Shown here: in pieces, positions 1 through 13,595 of the stretch
How positions within the stretch are numbered: the stretch's first letter is position 1
How the letters are laid out: each line of letters starts with the position of its first letter
NCBI GenBank assembly: GCA_950097015.1
Contig: CATNEN010000005.1
Coordinates: 2,542,001 to 2,606,000, forward strand
DNA from: Macrostomum hystrix
Lineage: Eukaryota > Animalia > Platyhelminthes
Direction: 5' to 3'
Length of the DNA stretch: 64,000 bases
Position numbers and translations under genes: made by a program
Notes under the pieces: generated by a model
What the model was told of the DNA's origin: nothing
Seen by the model: the letters and a program-made list of their open reading frames with translations, nothing else
Databases searched by the model: none

Positions 1-165
1 ATCCTCCCTCCCTCCCTCTCACCCCAGTGTCTCATCCTCCCTCCCTCTCACCCCAGTGTCTCATCCTCCCTCCCTCCCTCTCACCCCAGTGTCTCATCCT
101 CCCTCCCTCCCTCTCACCCCAGTGTCTCATCCTCCCTCCCTCCCTCTCACCCCAGTGTCTCATTT
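1..165. repeat. CT-rich minisatellite, about 33-37-bp unit (window edge)
   Basis: Repeated CCTCCCTCCCTCTCACCCCAGTGTCTCAT. Confidence 0.9.
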
Positions 166-823
166 TCACTCTCATTTTCTCTCACTGGCAGTTGTTAGTA
201 ACACTTAGAGGACACTTTTAAAGTGCAGGCCCGCTGGTCACGCCAACCTGGCGTGATTCCTAAGCCAGCTAAGTGCATGAATGACAGGTGCAGAGAAACT
301 TAAAAAAGAAGCTTTTGTTGGAATATTTATTTATAAATTCAGAAAGCCTGCCTAATTATTTTTATTAAAAAATAGAAATGCAGATTTTGCTGCACAGAAT
401 CGGGCCACATTATATCTCGAATTGATTGAACCCTGTCAGATTGTGGAGAAAGATATTTTTGTTTTAAAGCTGGCAGCTATTTTGCTGAATTTATAAGAGC
501 TTTTTCTGTCCACAAAATACTATTTCCCTTTTCGACATTTGTTGTTCGAATTAGAAGACTGTATTTCCTTGTCGTTGTCTCGCAGTTGTTCATAATTTGC
601 TGTCAGATTTTTTGTTATAAAAATTAAAACATCTGTTGTTTTAATGTATGTTTTTTGCATTATTAAATCCGTTAAACTATAGAAACAGGTGCATTTGATG
701 CAAGTTAAACGGTAGAAAATTAATAGGTTCTCAGAAACAAATTGCAGGGCTGTCATTAAAAAACTACATTTCAGAGAGCCCGCTGTGAAAGTAGTGGATG
801 AGCTTAAAAGGCAGTGGGACTAG

Positions 824-2062
824 AGACAGTGGGACTAGAGACAGTGGGACTAGAGACAGTGGGACTAGAGACAGTGGGACTAGAGACAGTGGGACTAGAG
901 ACAGTGGGACTAGAGACAGTGGGACTAGAGACAGTGGGACTAGAGACAGTGGGACTAGAGACAGTGAGACTAGAGACAGAGGGACTAGAGACAGTTAGAT
1001 TAGAGACAGTGGGACTAGAGACAGCTAGATTAGAGACAGTGGGACTAGAGACAGCTAGATTAGAGACAGTGGGACTAGAGACAGCTAGATTAGAGACAGT
1101 GGGACTAGAGACAGTGAGATTAGAGACAGTGGGACTAGAGACAGTGAGACTAGAGACAGTGAGACTAGAGACAGTGGGATTAGAGACAGTGGGACTAGAG
1201 ACAGTGAGACTAGAGACAGTGGGATTAGAGACAGTGAGATTAGAGACAGTGGGACTAGAGACAGTGAGATTAGAGACAGTGGGACTAGAGACAGTGGGAC
1301 TAGATACAGTGAGATTAGAGACAGTGGGACTAGAGACAGTGGGACTAGAGACAGTGGGACTAGAGACAGTGAGACTAGAGACAGTGGGACTAGAGACAGT
1401 GGGACTAGAGACAGTGAGACTAGAGACAGTGGGATTAGAGACAGTGAGATTAGAGACAGTGGGACTAGAGACAGTGAGATTAGAGACAGTGGGACTAGAG
1501 ACAGTGGGACTAGAGGCAGTGAGACTAGAGACAGTGGGACTAGAGACAGTGGGACTAGAGACAGTGAGACTAGAGACAGTGAGACTAGAGACAGTGGGAC
1601 TAGATACAGTGAGATTAGAGACAGTGGGACTAGAGACAGTGGGACTAGAGACAGTGGGACTAGAGACAGTGAGACTAGAGACAGTGGGACTAGAGACAGT
1701 GGGACTAGAGACAGTGTGGGACTAGAGACAGTCGGACTAGAAACAGCTAGATTTGAGACAGTGGGACTAGAGACAGCTAGATTAGAGACAGTGGGACTAG
1801 AGACAGTGGGACTAGAGACAGCTAGATTAGAGACAGTGGGACTAGAGACAGCTAGATTAGAGACAGTGGGACTAGAGACAGCTAGATTAGAGACAGTGGG
1901 ACTAGAGACAGCTAGATTAGAGACAGTGGGACTAGAGAGCTAGATTAGAGACAGTGGGACTAGAGACAGTTAGATTAGAGACAGTGGGACTAGAGACAGC
2001 TAGATTAGAGACAGTGGGACTAGAGAGCTAGATTAGAGACAGTGGGACTAGAGACAGTGGGC
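824..2062. repeat. 15-bp minisatellite GTGGGACTAGAGACA
   Basis: Direct tandem copies. Confidence 0.97.
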
Positions 2063-2579
2063 TGAGAGAGAAGATGAAAACACAGGAAACATAAACTAGG
2101 ATTCGGTTTTCCCAATCTATGCGCGTCGGGTTGGAATGCAATTATAGAATGCAGTCAACTATTCACGACACAGTCAAGTTGCATTGTTTGCGATTGGTGT
2201 GACAGTCCGAGAATATTGACACATCCCAACTGCTCATAATAATTCATGGATCACTGAGTAACAGCCAAAGAGAGACCAGTTGAGTTGGCCGTTCTCAAGT
2301 CAGATTGTGTGCCGATTGGTCGTCTAAATTTAGCCACTGGTGGGCACAATAATCCCTTGGCTTTGGGTTAGGATGCTCTTCGGTGCGATAATAAGTTGCA
2401 TATTTCGTTGTCGGATCGCATCTATCCGAAGATGGAACTAAACAATTCGTTGACTAAAAATAGAACTTCCTTAATTTCGCTCATATTTTATAGCCGCGTT
2501 GTCAATAGAATAGTGGAAAGATAACTTATATACATGAGATTGTTTGTTTGTGTCTAACATTTGCCTTGCTGAATGCGTA

Positions 2580-2830
2580 ACGGGTGTCATATTCAGTGTC
2601 TAACAGGTGGCTCATTTATTGTCTAACTATAACAGGTGTCTCATTCAGTGTCTAACAGGTGTCTCATTCAGTGTCTAACAGGTGTCTAATTCAGTGTCTA
2701 ACGGGTGTCTCATTCAGTGTCTAACAGGTGTCTCAATTAGGGTCTGACAGGTGTCATATTCAGTGTCTAACGGGTTTCTCATTCATTGTCTAACGGGTTT
2801 CTCATTCAGTGTCTAACAGGTGTCTCATTC
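2580..2830. repeat. 23-bp minisatellite CAGTGTCTAACAGGTGTCTCATT
   Basis: About 10 degenerate copies. Confidence 0.9.
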
Positions 2831-2842
2831 CATAAAGGCCAT

Positions 2843-4920
2843 CTGAAGGATGGGGTAGAGACCGTCTGAAGGATGGGGTAGAGACCGTCTGAAGGATGGG
2901 GTAGAGACCGTCTTAAGGATGGGGTAGAGACCGTCTTAAGGATGGGGTAGAGACCGTCTGAAGGATGTGGTAGAGACCGTCTGAAGGATGGGGTAGAGAC
3001 CGTCTGAAGGATGGGGTAGAGACGGTCTGAAGGATGGGGTAGAGAGAGACCGTCTAAAGGATGGGGTAGAGACCGTCTGAAGGATGGGGTAGAGACCGTC
3101 TGAAGGATGGGGTAGAGACCGTCTGAAGGATGGGGTAGAGACCGTCTGAAGGATGGGGTAGAGAGAGACGGTCTGAAGGATCTGATATTCCTGAAGGATG
3201 GGGTAGAGACGGTCTGAAGGATGGGGTAGAGACCGTCTGAAGGATGGGGTAGAGAGAGACGGTCTGAAGGATCTGATATTCCTGAAGGATGGGGTAGAGA
3301 CCGTCTGAAGGTTGGGGTAGAGACCGTCTGAAGGATGGGGTAGAGACCGTCTGAAGGATGGGGTAGAGACCGTCTGAAGGATGGGGTAGAGACCGTCTGA
3401 AGGATGGGGTAGAGACCGTCTGAAGGATGGGGTAGAGACCGTCTGAAGGATGGGGTAGAGACCGTCTGAAGGATGGGGTAGAGACCGTCTGAAGGATGGG
3501 GTAGAGACCGTCTGAAGGATGGGATAGAGACCGTCTGAAGGATGGGGTAGAGACCGTCTGAGGATGGGGTAGAGACCGTCTGAAGGATGGGGTAGAGACC
3601 GTCTGAAGGATGGGGTAGAGACCGTCTGAAGGATGGGGTAGAGACCGTCTGAAGGATGGGGTAGAGACCGTCTGAAGGATGGGATAGAGACCGTCTGAAG
3701 GATGGGGTAGAGACCGTCTGAAGGATGGGGTAGAGACCGTCTGAAGGATGGGATAGAGACCGTCTGAAGGATGGGGTAGAGACCGTCTGAAGGATGGGGT
3801 AGAGACCGTCTGAAGGATGGGGTAGAGACCGTCTGAAGGATGGGGTAGAGACCGTCTGAAGGATGGGGTAGAGACCGTCTGAAGGATGGGGTAGAGACCG
3901 TCTGAAGGATGGGGTAGAGACCGTCTGAAGGATGGGGTAGAGACCGTCTGAAGGATGGGGTAGAGACCGTCTGAAGGATGGGGTAGAGAGAGACGGTCTG
4001 AAGGATGGGGTAGAGACCGTCTGAAGGATGGCGTAGAGAGAGACGGTCTGAAGGATGGGGTAGAGACCGTCTGAAGGATGGGGTAGAGACGGTCTGAAGG
4101 ATGGGGTAGAGACCGTCTGAAGGATGGGGTAGAGAGAGACGGTCTGAAGGATGGGGTAGAGACCGTCTGAAGGATGGGGTAGAGACCGTCTGAAGGATGG
4201 GGTAGAGACCGTCTGAAGGATGGGGTAGAGACCGTCTGAAGGATGGGGTAGAGACCGTCTGAAGGATGGGGTAGAGACCGTCTGAAGGATGGGGTAGAGA
4301 CCGTCTGAAGGATGGGGTAGAGACCGTCTGAAGGATGGGGTAGAGACCGTCTGAAGGATGGGGTAGAGACCGTCTGAAGGATGGGGTAGAGACCTTCTGA
4401 AGGATGGGGTAGAGAGAGACGGTCTGAAGGATGGGATAGAGACCGTCTGAAGGATGGGGTAGAGACCGTCTGAAGGATGGGGTAGAGACCTTCTGAAGGA
4501 TGGGGTAGAGAGAGACGGTCTGAAGGATGGGGTAGAGACCGTCTGAAGGATGGGGTAGAGACCGTCTGAAGGATGGGGTAGAGACCGTCTGAAGGATGGG
4601 GTAGAGACCGTCTGAAGGATGGGGTAGAGACCGTCTGAAGGATGGGGTAGAGACCGTCTGAAGGATGGGGTAGAGACCGTCTGAAGGATGGGGTAGAGAC
4701 CGTCTGAAGGATGGGGTAGAGACCGTCTGAAGGATGGGGTAGAGACCGTCTGAAGGATGGGGTAGAGACCTTCTGAAGGATGGGGTAGAGAGAGACGGTC
4801 TGAAGGATGGGATAGAGACCGTCTGAAGGATGGGGTAGAGACCGTCTGAAGGATGGGGTAGAGACCTTCTGAAGGATGGGGTAGAGAGAGACGGTCTGAA
4901 GGATCTGATGTTCCTGAAGG
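2843..4920. repeat. 23-bp minisatellite CTGAAGGATGGGGTAGAGACCGT (with 27-bp variants)
   Basis: Direct tandem copies. Confidence 0.97.
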
Positions 4921-5293
4921 ACATTCAATTCAAAAGTAAAATTAGACTGAACAAAGTCGTGCCTGCTATTGCGATGCTCAAGTGTTTTATATTTCATCTA
5001 TACTCAGCCTCCAAGTTGTTTCGGAATAGCAATGCCTTAGCTTGCTAATTTCTGGTTTGGGAGTCAGTTAAATAATTAAAGTTCAGGTCTTTTGATTTAT
5101 TACTTTGCTACGTTCGCGCTTTCATGAAAAGTCACAATAACAATTGTTCGTAATTAACAAATAAATAAAGCTATCAAGCTTAGGTTTGCTTAAAAAAATC
5201 AAGATTTATCAAATCTCTTTAAAGCAGTAACTTTCCGTTTAGATGTTAAGCGCTGCCGAGGCCGTCCATGTTTTTATTTCTTAGCCTTAGCAA

Positions 5294-6992
5294 TTAGCCC
5301 AGGTAGTCTGTAGAGCAGGTTATGTAGCGACAAATCTCATAGCCTTGCACAGCCCGATCGACCATCGGCTTAAAATCTCTAAGCTCAGGGTAGTAGGCCG
5401 AACACACCACCAGGTCACGTAGAAATTCTATGAAGTGCACTGCGAATTGATACGGATCAATCATTCATTAGCAACTGAAGCTTTGGAGATGTGCTGAAGG
5501 ATGGAAGGTGTGCTGAAGGATGGAAGATGTGCTTAAGGATGGAAGGTGTGCTGAAGGATGGAAGGTGTGCTGAAGGATGGAAGATGTGCTGAAGGATGGA
5601 AGGTGTGCTGAAGGATGGAAGGTGTGCTTAAGGATGGAAGATGTGCTGAAGGATGGAAGGTGTGCTGAAGGATGGAAGGTGTGCTTAAGGATGGAAGATG
5701 TGCTGAAGGATGGAAGATGTGCTGAAGGATGGAAGATGTGCTGAAGGATGGAAGATGTACTGAAGGATGGAAGATGTACTGAAGGATTGAAGATGTGCTG
5801 AAGGATGGAAGATGTACTGAAGGATGGTACTGAAGGATGGAAGATGTACTGAAGGATGGTACTGAAGGATGGAAGATGTACTGAAGGATGGAAGATGTAC
5901 TGAAGGATGGAAGTTGTACTGAAGGATGGAAGATGTACTGAAGGATGGAAGATGTACTGAAGGATGGAAGATGTACTGAAGGATTGAAGATGTGCTGAAG
6001 GATGGAAGATGTACTGAAGGATGGAAGATGTACTGAAGGATGGAAGATGTACTGAAGGATTGAAGATGTGCTGAAGGATGGAAGATGTACTGAAGGATGG
6101 AAGATGTACTGAAGGATGGAAGATGTAATGAAGGATTGAAGATGTACTGAAGGATGGAAGATGTACTGATGGATGGAAGATGTACTGAAGGATTGAAGAT
6201 GTGCTGAAGGATGGAAGATGTACTGAAGGATGGAAGATGTACTGAAGGATTGAAGATGTGCTGAAGGATGGAAGATGTACTGAAGGATTGAAGATGTACT
6301 GAAGGATGGAAGATGTACTGAAGGATGGAAGATGTACTGAAGGATGGAAGATGTACTGAAGGATGGAAGATGTAATGAAGGATGGAAGATGTACTGAAGG
6401 ATGGAAGATGTACTGAAGGATTGAAGATGTACTGAAGGATGGAAGATGTACTGAAGGATGGAAGATGTACTGAAGGATGGAAGATGTAATGAAGGATGGA
6501 AGATGTACTGAAGGATGGAAGATGTACTGAAGGATGGAAGATGTAATGAAGGATGGAAGATGTACTGAAGGATGGAAGATGTACTGAAGGATGGTACTGA
6601 AGGATTCGATAAGTTTTTAGTCTAAGTCGAAGTTGGCATGTTAGTATGCAAAATGATCACAGGGTGCTCATACTTTGCGGATACTTCATTCGCCAGTAGC
6701 TCTTGAACACCAGGATGTCGTGAGTTTCGCACCTCTGTATGCAGTTCATCGGATTGGTTCTCTTCTCCTCATTCTGCGGCCATTGCCAGCTGTGCCCATC
6801 AGAGCTCAGCAACTTCACGAAATCTTGAATCCTTGGCGTCGGCAAGACGCTCTCCTGGATCAAGGACCCAGCCCTGGCAGGCACGGTTGCCGCCGAAGCG
6901 TCGCGCATCATCAGACAGAGGGCGAACAACACAAGAAGAATGCCGAGGATTGTTTTGGGTCCTTTGGGGCACGCCTTGTCGCGGGAATTCAT
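5294..6992 (-). CDS. Secreted prohormone-like protein, 154 aa, two coding exons (6992-6674, 5439-5294)
   Basis: The ORF starts with a signal-peptide-like hydrophobic stretch (ILGILLVLFALCLMMRDASA). A phase-1 donor A|GTATGA follows 6674 and an acceptor TTCGCAG| precedes 5439. The joined frame is open: ...EEKR TNPMNCIQRCETHDILVFKSYWRMKYPQMHFIEFLRDLVVCSAYYPELRDFKPMVDRAVQGYEICRYITCSTDYLG*. Confidence 0.75.
5490..6608. repeat. 19-bp minisatellite CTGAAGGATGGAAGATGTA filling the intron of the secreted-protein gene
   Basis: Direct tandem copies. Confidence 0.97.
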
Positions 6993-7747
6993 TGCTTTAA
7001 TCTGCGGTTAATCCGTTGAAATTGCTGGCGATGTGTCTGTGTGTGTGGTTTATTAGGAAAATGTATTAATTGCAGTTACAGTTTTAATTTAGTTTAATCT
7101 TTAAACTGGGGTTGAGTTCTATCCACTTGAGTTCTCCGAAGGAGGAGTTTCGCATCTGTAGATGTGCGAAATATAGTAAATTTTCAACATGACAACAACA
7201 ACACTAGCAGAATGAAAACTTCTGCATCACAACACAAGCTAAGAATAGAATCGGATACGGCTGATGTAATATCCTAACAAAGCGAAAACTAACTCAGAAA
7301 GTATGCCTAATGCACGTCGACCACCCGCAGAGTGAGTGGGCAGGGACATTGTTTCCCTAATAATATTGAAGTCAAGCCTTTTAAGCGTAGTGCATTCATG
7401 TTCAATCACTGGATTGCCATTGTGGGTCGGCGTGAAGCTTTCGTTATTAGATTTTAGACTCACGCCTGTTTCTCACACTCGCTTTTCCAATTCATTGTCT
7501 ATCTGTTCATCTCCTTCCTTAGAGGCTAATCTAATTTGGTAGTTAAACTTCTTTTTTGCCTTTTTCATTTGAATTTATCGATGTGAAAACATTTAAAGCA
7601 TTATGACTCACCAGGAAGGACTCAACTGTTCAATTTTGTCCGCAATTTGGTGGGGAAAGACTTGATGGGGAGGCTGCTGCTGCTGCTGCTTAGGTTAAGT
7701 AGCGACTTGTAGAAGAAGTGAAGACGATTCTAGACCAGGCTCTCTAG

Positions 7748-7790
7748 TATTTATAGAGTTCCACGTGCGCTTTATTAGGCAGCCAATCAG
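7748..7790 (-). promoter_or_regulatory. Probable Pol II promoter of the secreted-protein gene
   Basis: TATAAATA on minus at 7755-7748, E-box CACGTG 7762-7767 and AGCCAATCAG 7781-7790. Downstream lies a putative non-coding exon ending at a CTG|GTGAGT donor after 7612. An acceptor CACAG| precedes 7036, upstream of the ATG. Confidence 0.6.
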
Positions 7791-8079
7791 AGACGAACGG
7801 ATGCCGAGTTGCTCTCCGTCAGTTTGCTCAACGGAGCAACATTTTTTATAAGACACTTCTGTGTTCTTGAAGCAAGCCTGATTTTTTCAACGCTCTCTGC
7901 AGAAATTCCTGTTCCAAATAAAAAATCTATTTTCCGACGTGAAAACTTCTCGAAAACTATTTACTCGAAAAATTCTTCATGTTTCTTAAAATTTCTAGAA
8001 ACTGAAGCTTTGGAGTTGTGCTGAAGGACATACGCAATGTCACTTTCACACTCTCTCTATCAGTTGCTCATCTCTCACT

Positions 8080-11000
8080 TTCTCTCCCACAGTCTCACCG
8101 TCACACTGGCTCACAGTCTCACTGTCTCACTGTCTCACTGTCTCACTGTCTCACTGTCTCACTGTCTCACAGTCTCACTGTCTCACTGTCTCACAGTCTC
8201 ACAGTCTCACTGTCTCACTGTCTCACAGTCTCACTGTCTCACCGTCACACTGGCTCACAGTCTCACTGTCTCACTGTCTCACTGTCTCACTGTCTCACAG
8301 TCTCACAGTCTCACTGTCTCACTGTCTCACAGTCTCACAGTCTCACTGTCTCACCGTCACACTGGCTCACAGTCTCACTGTCTCACTGTCTCACTGTCTC
8401 ACTGTCTCACAGTCTCACAGTCTCACTGTCTCACTGTCTCACAGTCTCACAGTCTCACCGTCACACTGTCTCACCGTCACACTGTCTCACAGTCTCACTG
8501 TCTCACAGTCTCACTGTCTCACTGTCTCACTGTCTCACTGTCTCACAGTCTCACAGTCTCACAGTCTCACTGTCTCACAGTCTCACAGTCTCACCGTCAC
8601 ACTGTCTCACAGTCTCACTGTCTCACAGTCTCACAGTCTCACTGTCTCACAGTCTCACTGTCTCACAGTCTCACAGTCTCACAGTCTCACTGTCTCACTG
8701 GCTCACAGTGTCACTGTCTCACTGTCTCACAGTCTCACAGTCTCACAGTCTCACAGTCTCACTGTCTCACTGGCTCACAGTCTCACTGTCTCACTGTCTC
8801 ACTGTCTCACTGTCTCACTGTCTCACTGTCTCACTGTCTCACAGTCTCACTGTCTCACTGTCTCACTGTCTCACTGTCTCACTGTCTCACAGTCTCACAG
8901 TCTCACTGTCTCACTGTCTCACAGTCTCACTGTCTCACTGTCTCACTGTCTCACTGTCTCACAGTCTCACTGTCTCACCGTCACACTGGCTCACAGTCTC
9001 ACTGTCTCACTGTCTCACAGTCACACTGTCTCACAGTCTCACAGTCTCACAGTCTCACAGTCTCACTGTCTCACTGTCTCACAGTCTCACTTTCTCACTG
9101 TCTCACAGTCTCACCGTCACACTGGCTCACAGTCACACTGTCTCACAGTCTCACAGTCTCACAGTCTCACAGTCTCACTGTCTCACCGTCACACTGGCTC
9201 ACAGTCACACTGTCTCACAGTCACACTGTCTCACAGTCTCACAGTCTCACAGTCTCACAGTCTCACTGTCTCACTGTCTCACAGTCTCACTGTCTCACAG
9301 TCTCACAGTCTCACTGTCTCACTGTCTCACAGTCTCACTGTCTCACCGTCACACTGGCTCACAGTCTCACTGTCTCACTGTCTCACTGTCTCACTGTCTC
9401 ACAGTCTCACAGTCTCACTGTCTCACTGTCTCACAGTCTCACAGTCTCACTGTCTCACCGTCACACTGGCTCACAGTCTCACTGTCTCACTGTCTCACTG
9501 TCTCACTGTCTCACAGTCTCACAGTCTCACTGTCTCACTGTCTCACAGTCTCACAGTCTCACCGTCACACTGTCTCACCGTCACACTGTCTCACAGTCTC
9601 ACTGTCTCACAGTCTCACTGTCTCACTGTCTCACTGTCTCACTGTCTCACAGTCTCACAGTCTCACAGTCTCACTGTCTCACAGTCTCACAGTCTCACCG
9701 TCACACTGTCTCACAGTCTCACTGTCTCACAGTCTCACTGTCTCACTGTCTCACAGTCTCACTGTCTCACAGTCTCACAGTCTCACAGTCTCACTGTCTC
9801 ACTGGCTCACAGTGTCACTGTCTCACTGTCTCACAGTCTCACAGTCTCACTGTCTCACTGGCTCACAGTGTCACTGTCTCACTGTCTCACAGTCTCACAG
9901 TCTCACGGTCTCACAGTCTCACTGTCTCACTGGCTCACAGTCTCACTGTCTCACTGTCTCACTGTCTCACTGTCTCACTGTCTCACTGTCTCACTGTCTC
10001 ACAGTCTCACTGTCTCACAGTCTCACTGTCTCACTGTCTCACTGTCTCACAGTCTCACAGTCTCACCGTCACACTGTCTCACAGTCTCACTGTCTCACAG
10101 TCTCACTGTCTCACTGTCTCACAGTCTCACTGTCTCACAGTCTCACAGTCTCACTGTCTCACTGTCTCACAGTCTCACTGTCTCACCGTCACACTGGCTC
10201 ACAGTCTCACTGTCTCACTGTCTCACAGTCTCACAGTCTCACCGTCACACTGTCTCACCGTCACACTGTCTCACAGTCTCACTGTCTCACAGTCTCACTG
10301 TCTCACTGTCTCACTGTCTCACTGTCTCACAGTCTCACAGTCTCACAGTCTCACTGTCTCACAGTCTCACAGTCTCACCGTCACACTGTCTCACAGTCTC
10401 ACTGTCTCACAGTCTCACAGTCTCACTGTCTCACAGTCTCACTGTCTCACAGTCTCACAGTCTCACAGTCTCACTGTCTCACTGGCTCACAGTGTCACTG
10501 TCTCACTGTCTCACAGTCTCACAGTCTCACAGTCTCACAGTCTCACTGTCTCACTGGCTCACAGTCTCACTGTCTCACTGTCTCACTGTCTCACTGTCTC
10601 ACTGTCTCACTGTCTCACTGTCTCACAGTCTCACTGTCTCACTGTCTCACTGTCTCACTGTCTCACTGTCTCACAGTCTCACAGTCTCACTGTCTCACTG
10701 TCTCACAGTCTCACTGTCTCACTGTCTCACTGTCTCACTGTCTCACAGTCTCACTGTCTCACCGTCACACTGGCTCACAGTCTCACTGTCTCACTGTCTC
10801 ACAGTCACACTGTCTCACAGTCTCACAGTCTCACAGTCTCACAGTCTCACTGTCTCACTGTCTCACAGTCTCACTTTCTCACTGTCTCACAGTCTCACCG
10901 TCACACTGGCTCACAGTCACACTGTCTCACAGTCTCACAGTCTCACAGTCTCACAGTCTCACTGTCTCACCGTCACACTGGCTCACAGTCACACTGTCTC

Positions 11001-12362
11001 ACAGTCACACTGTCTCACAGTCTCACAGTCTCACAGTCTCACAGTCTCACCGTCACACTGTCTCACCGTCACACTGGCTCACAGTCTCACTGTCTCACAG
11101 TCTCACAGTCTCACAGTCTCACAGTCTCACTTTCTCACTGTCTCACAGTCTCACAGTCTCACTGTCTCACTGGCTCACAGTCTCACAGTCTCACAGTCTC
11201 ACAGTCTCACAGTCTCACTGTCTCACTGTCTCACTGTCTCACTGTCTCACTGTCTCACAGTCTCACTGTCTCACTGTCTCACAGTCTCACAGTCTCACTG
11301 TCTCACCGTCACACTGGCTCACAGTCACACTGTCTCACAGTCACAGTGTCTCACAGTCTCACAGTCTCACAGTCTCACAGTCTCACCGTCACACTGTCTC
11401 ACCGTCACACTGGCTCACAGTCTCACTGTCTCACAGTCTCACAGTCTCACAGTCTCACAGTCTCACTTTCTCACTGTCTCACAGTCTCACTGTCTCACTG
11501 TCTCACTGGCTCACAGTCTCACAGTCTCACAGTCTCACTGTCTCACTGGCTCACAGTCTCACTGTCTCACAGTCACACTGTCTCACAGTCTCACAGTCTC
11601 ACAGTCTCACAGTCTCACTGTCTCACTGTCTCACAGTCTCACTTTCTCACTGTCTCACAGTCTCACCGTCACACTGGCTCACAGTCACACTGTCTCACAG
11701 TCACACTGTCTCACAGTCTCACAGTCTCACAGACTCACTGTCTCACAGTCTCACAGTCTCACTGTCTCACAGTCTCACAGTCTCACAGTCTCACTGTCTC
11801 ACTGTCTCACAGTCTCACTTTCTCACTGTCTCACAGTCTCACAGTCTCACAGTCTCACAGTCTCACCGTCACACTGGCTCACTGTCTCACTGTCTCACAG
11901 TCTCACTGTCTCACCGTCACACTGGCTCACAGTCTCACTGTCTCACCGTCACACTGGCTCACAGTCACACTGTCTCACAGTCACACTGTCTCACAGTCTC
12001 ACAGTCTCACAGTCTCACAGTCTCACCGTCACACTGTCTCACCGTCACACTGGCTCACAGTCTCACTGTCTCACCGTCACACTGGCTCACAGTCTCACTG
12101 TCTCACTGTCTCACAGTCTCACAGTCTCACTGTCTCACTGTCTCGCAGTCTCACAGTCTCACTGTCTCACTGGCTCACAGTCTCACTGTCTCACAGTCTC
12201 ACTGTCTCACAGTCTCACAGTCTCACAGTCTCACAGTCTCACAGTCTCACAGTCTCACAGTCTCACAGTCTCACTGTCTCACTGGCTCACAGTCTCACTG
12301 TCTCACTGTCTCACTGTCTCACTGTCTCACAGTCTCACAGTCTCACAGTCTCACTGTCTCAC
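8080..12362. repeat. 8-bp satellite TCTCAC(T/A)G with kilobase-scale higher-order duplications
   Basis: 4.3-kb array. The rare variant GGCTCACAGTGTCAC recurs at about 8700, 9804, 9860 and 10486. Confidence 0.97.
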
Positions 12363-12914
12363 GTGTCCCTCCAGTTGTTTATCAATTCACCATTAGCAAT
12401 CAGTGAGTCAAGTGTTAGTTAAGGCTTGAGCTGCAAACATCCTTGAGCAGGCAACTCAAATCAGGAATAGCTGATGCAAAAAAAGTCATTAAAGTGTCGA
12501 AGATGTAGGAGGCAGGTGTAGCTAAAAACATTGCTACAAGGTCTGAAGAAAACATAAATTGATCCTGACGGTAATCTACTCTGACGAAGAAAAAAGTTGT
12601 CGGCGTTAATAAACATTTCGTCCAGGTTATCGTTTGTAAAATCCCAAATTCACATTGACGTGTAGCGGTTAGACTTTTTTTGGAGGGGTTCTTAAGAGGC
12701 CAAATAGATCCCCAAATAGAACTATTGGGGATCTAGATTATCGAATACAGGTAATTGTACAGTTGACTAAATATAGATACCTTAATCGTTCTCCAACTTA
12801 GGAAGATATATTATAGAAGTATTTGACAAACACAAATACAAACCTACTCAATACTTCTCAAAATAAGTAAGCAACGACTCAAAACGGACTTAAAAACGAC
12901 CAAAACATACTGAA

Positions 12915-13517
12915 ACCTACTCCAACCTACTCAATCCTACTCAAACCTACTCAATCCTACTCAAACCTGCTCAATCCTACTCAATCCTACTCAATCCTAC
13001 TCAATCCTACTCAATCCTACTCAATCCTACTCAAACCTGCTCAATCCTACTCAAACCTGCTCAATCCTACTCACTCCTAATTAATCCTACTCAAACCTGC
13101 TCAATCCTACTCAAACCTACTCAATCCTACTCAATCCTACTCAATCCTACTCAAACCTGCTCAATCCTACTCAAACCTGCTCAATCCTACTCACTCCTAA
13201 TTAATCCTACTCAAACCTGCTCAATCCTACTCAAACCTACTCAATCCTACTCAATCCTACTCAATCCTACTCAAACCTGCTCAATCCTGCTCAATCCTAC
13301 TCAAACCTACTCAATCCTACTCACTCCTAATTAATCCTACTCAAACCTACTCAATCCTACTCAAACCTGCTCAATCCTACTCACTCGTAATTAATCCTAC
13401 TCAAACCTGCTCAATCCTACTCACTCGTAATTAATCCTACTCAAACCTGCTCAATCCTACTCAATCCTACACAAACCTACTCAATCCTACCCACTCCTAA
13501 TTAATCCTACTCAAACC
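12915..13517. repeat. 10-bp repeat TCAATCCTAC
   Basis: Direct tandem copies with variants. Confidence 0.95.
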
Positions 13518-13595
13518 TAAAATATAAATACCCAGATCATTTCTGTACTGAAGATCTCATTGAAAAATTTCCTAGAAAAATGTCAATGATTGCAA

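Noticed and set aside
2295-2453. Possible terminal exon on minus (TTTTTAG acceptor, 52 open codons)
   Set aside because: No partner donor or homology was identified, so it cannot be supported.
814-4997. 303-662 aa repetitive ORFs
   Set aside because: They arise from the 15-bp and 23-bp minisatellites.
8018-12422. ORFs of 842-1462 aa
   Set aside because: They are translations of a stop-free 8-bp satellite, open in all three frames, with no coding signature.
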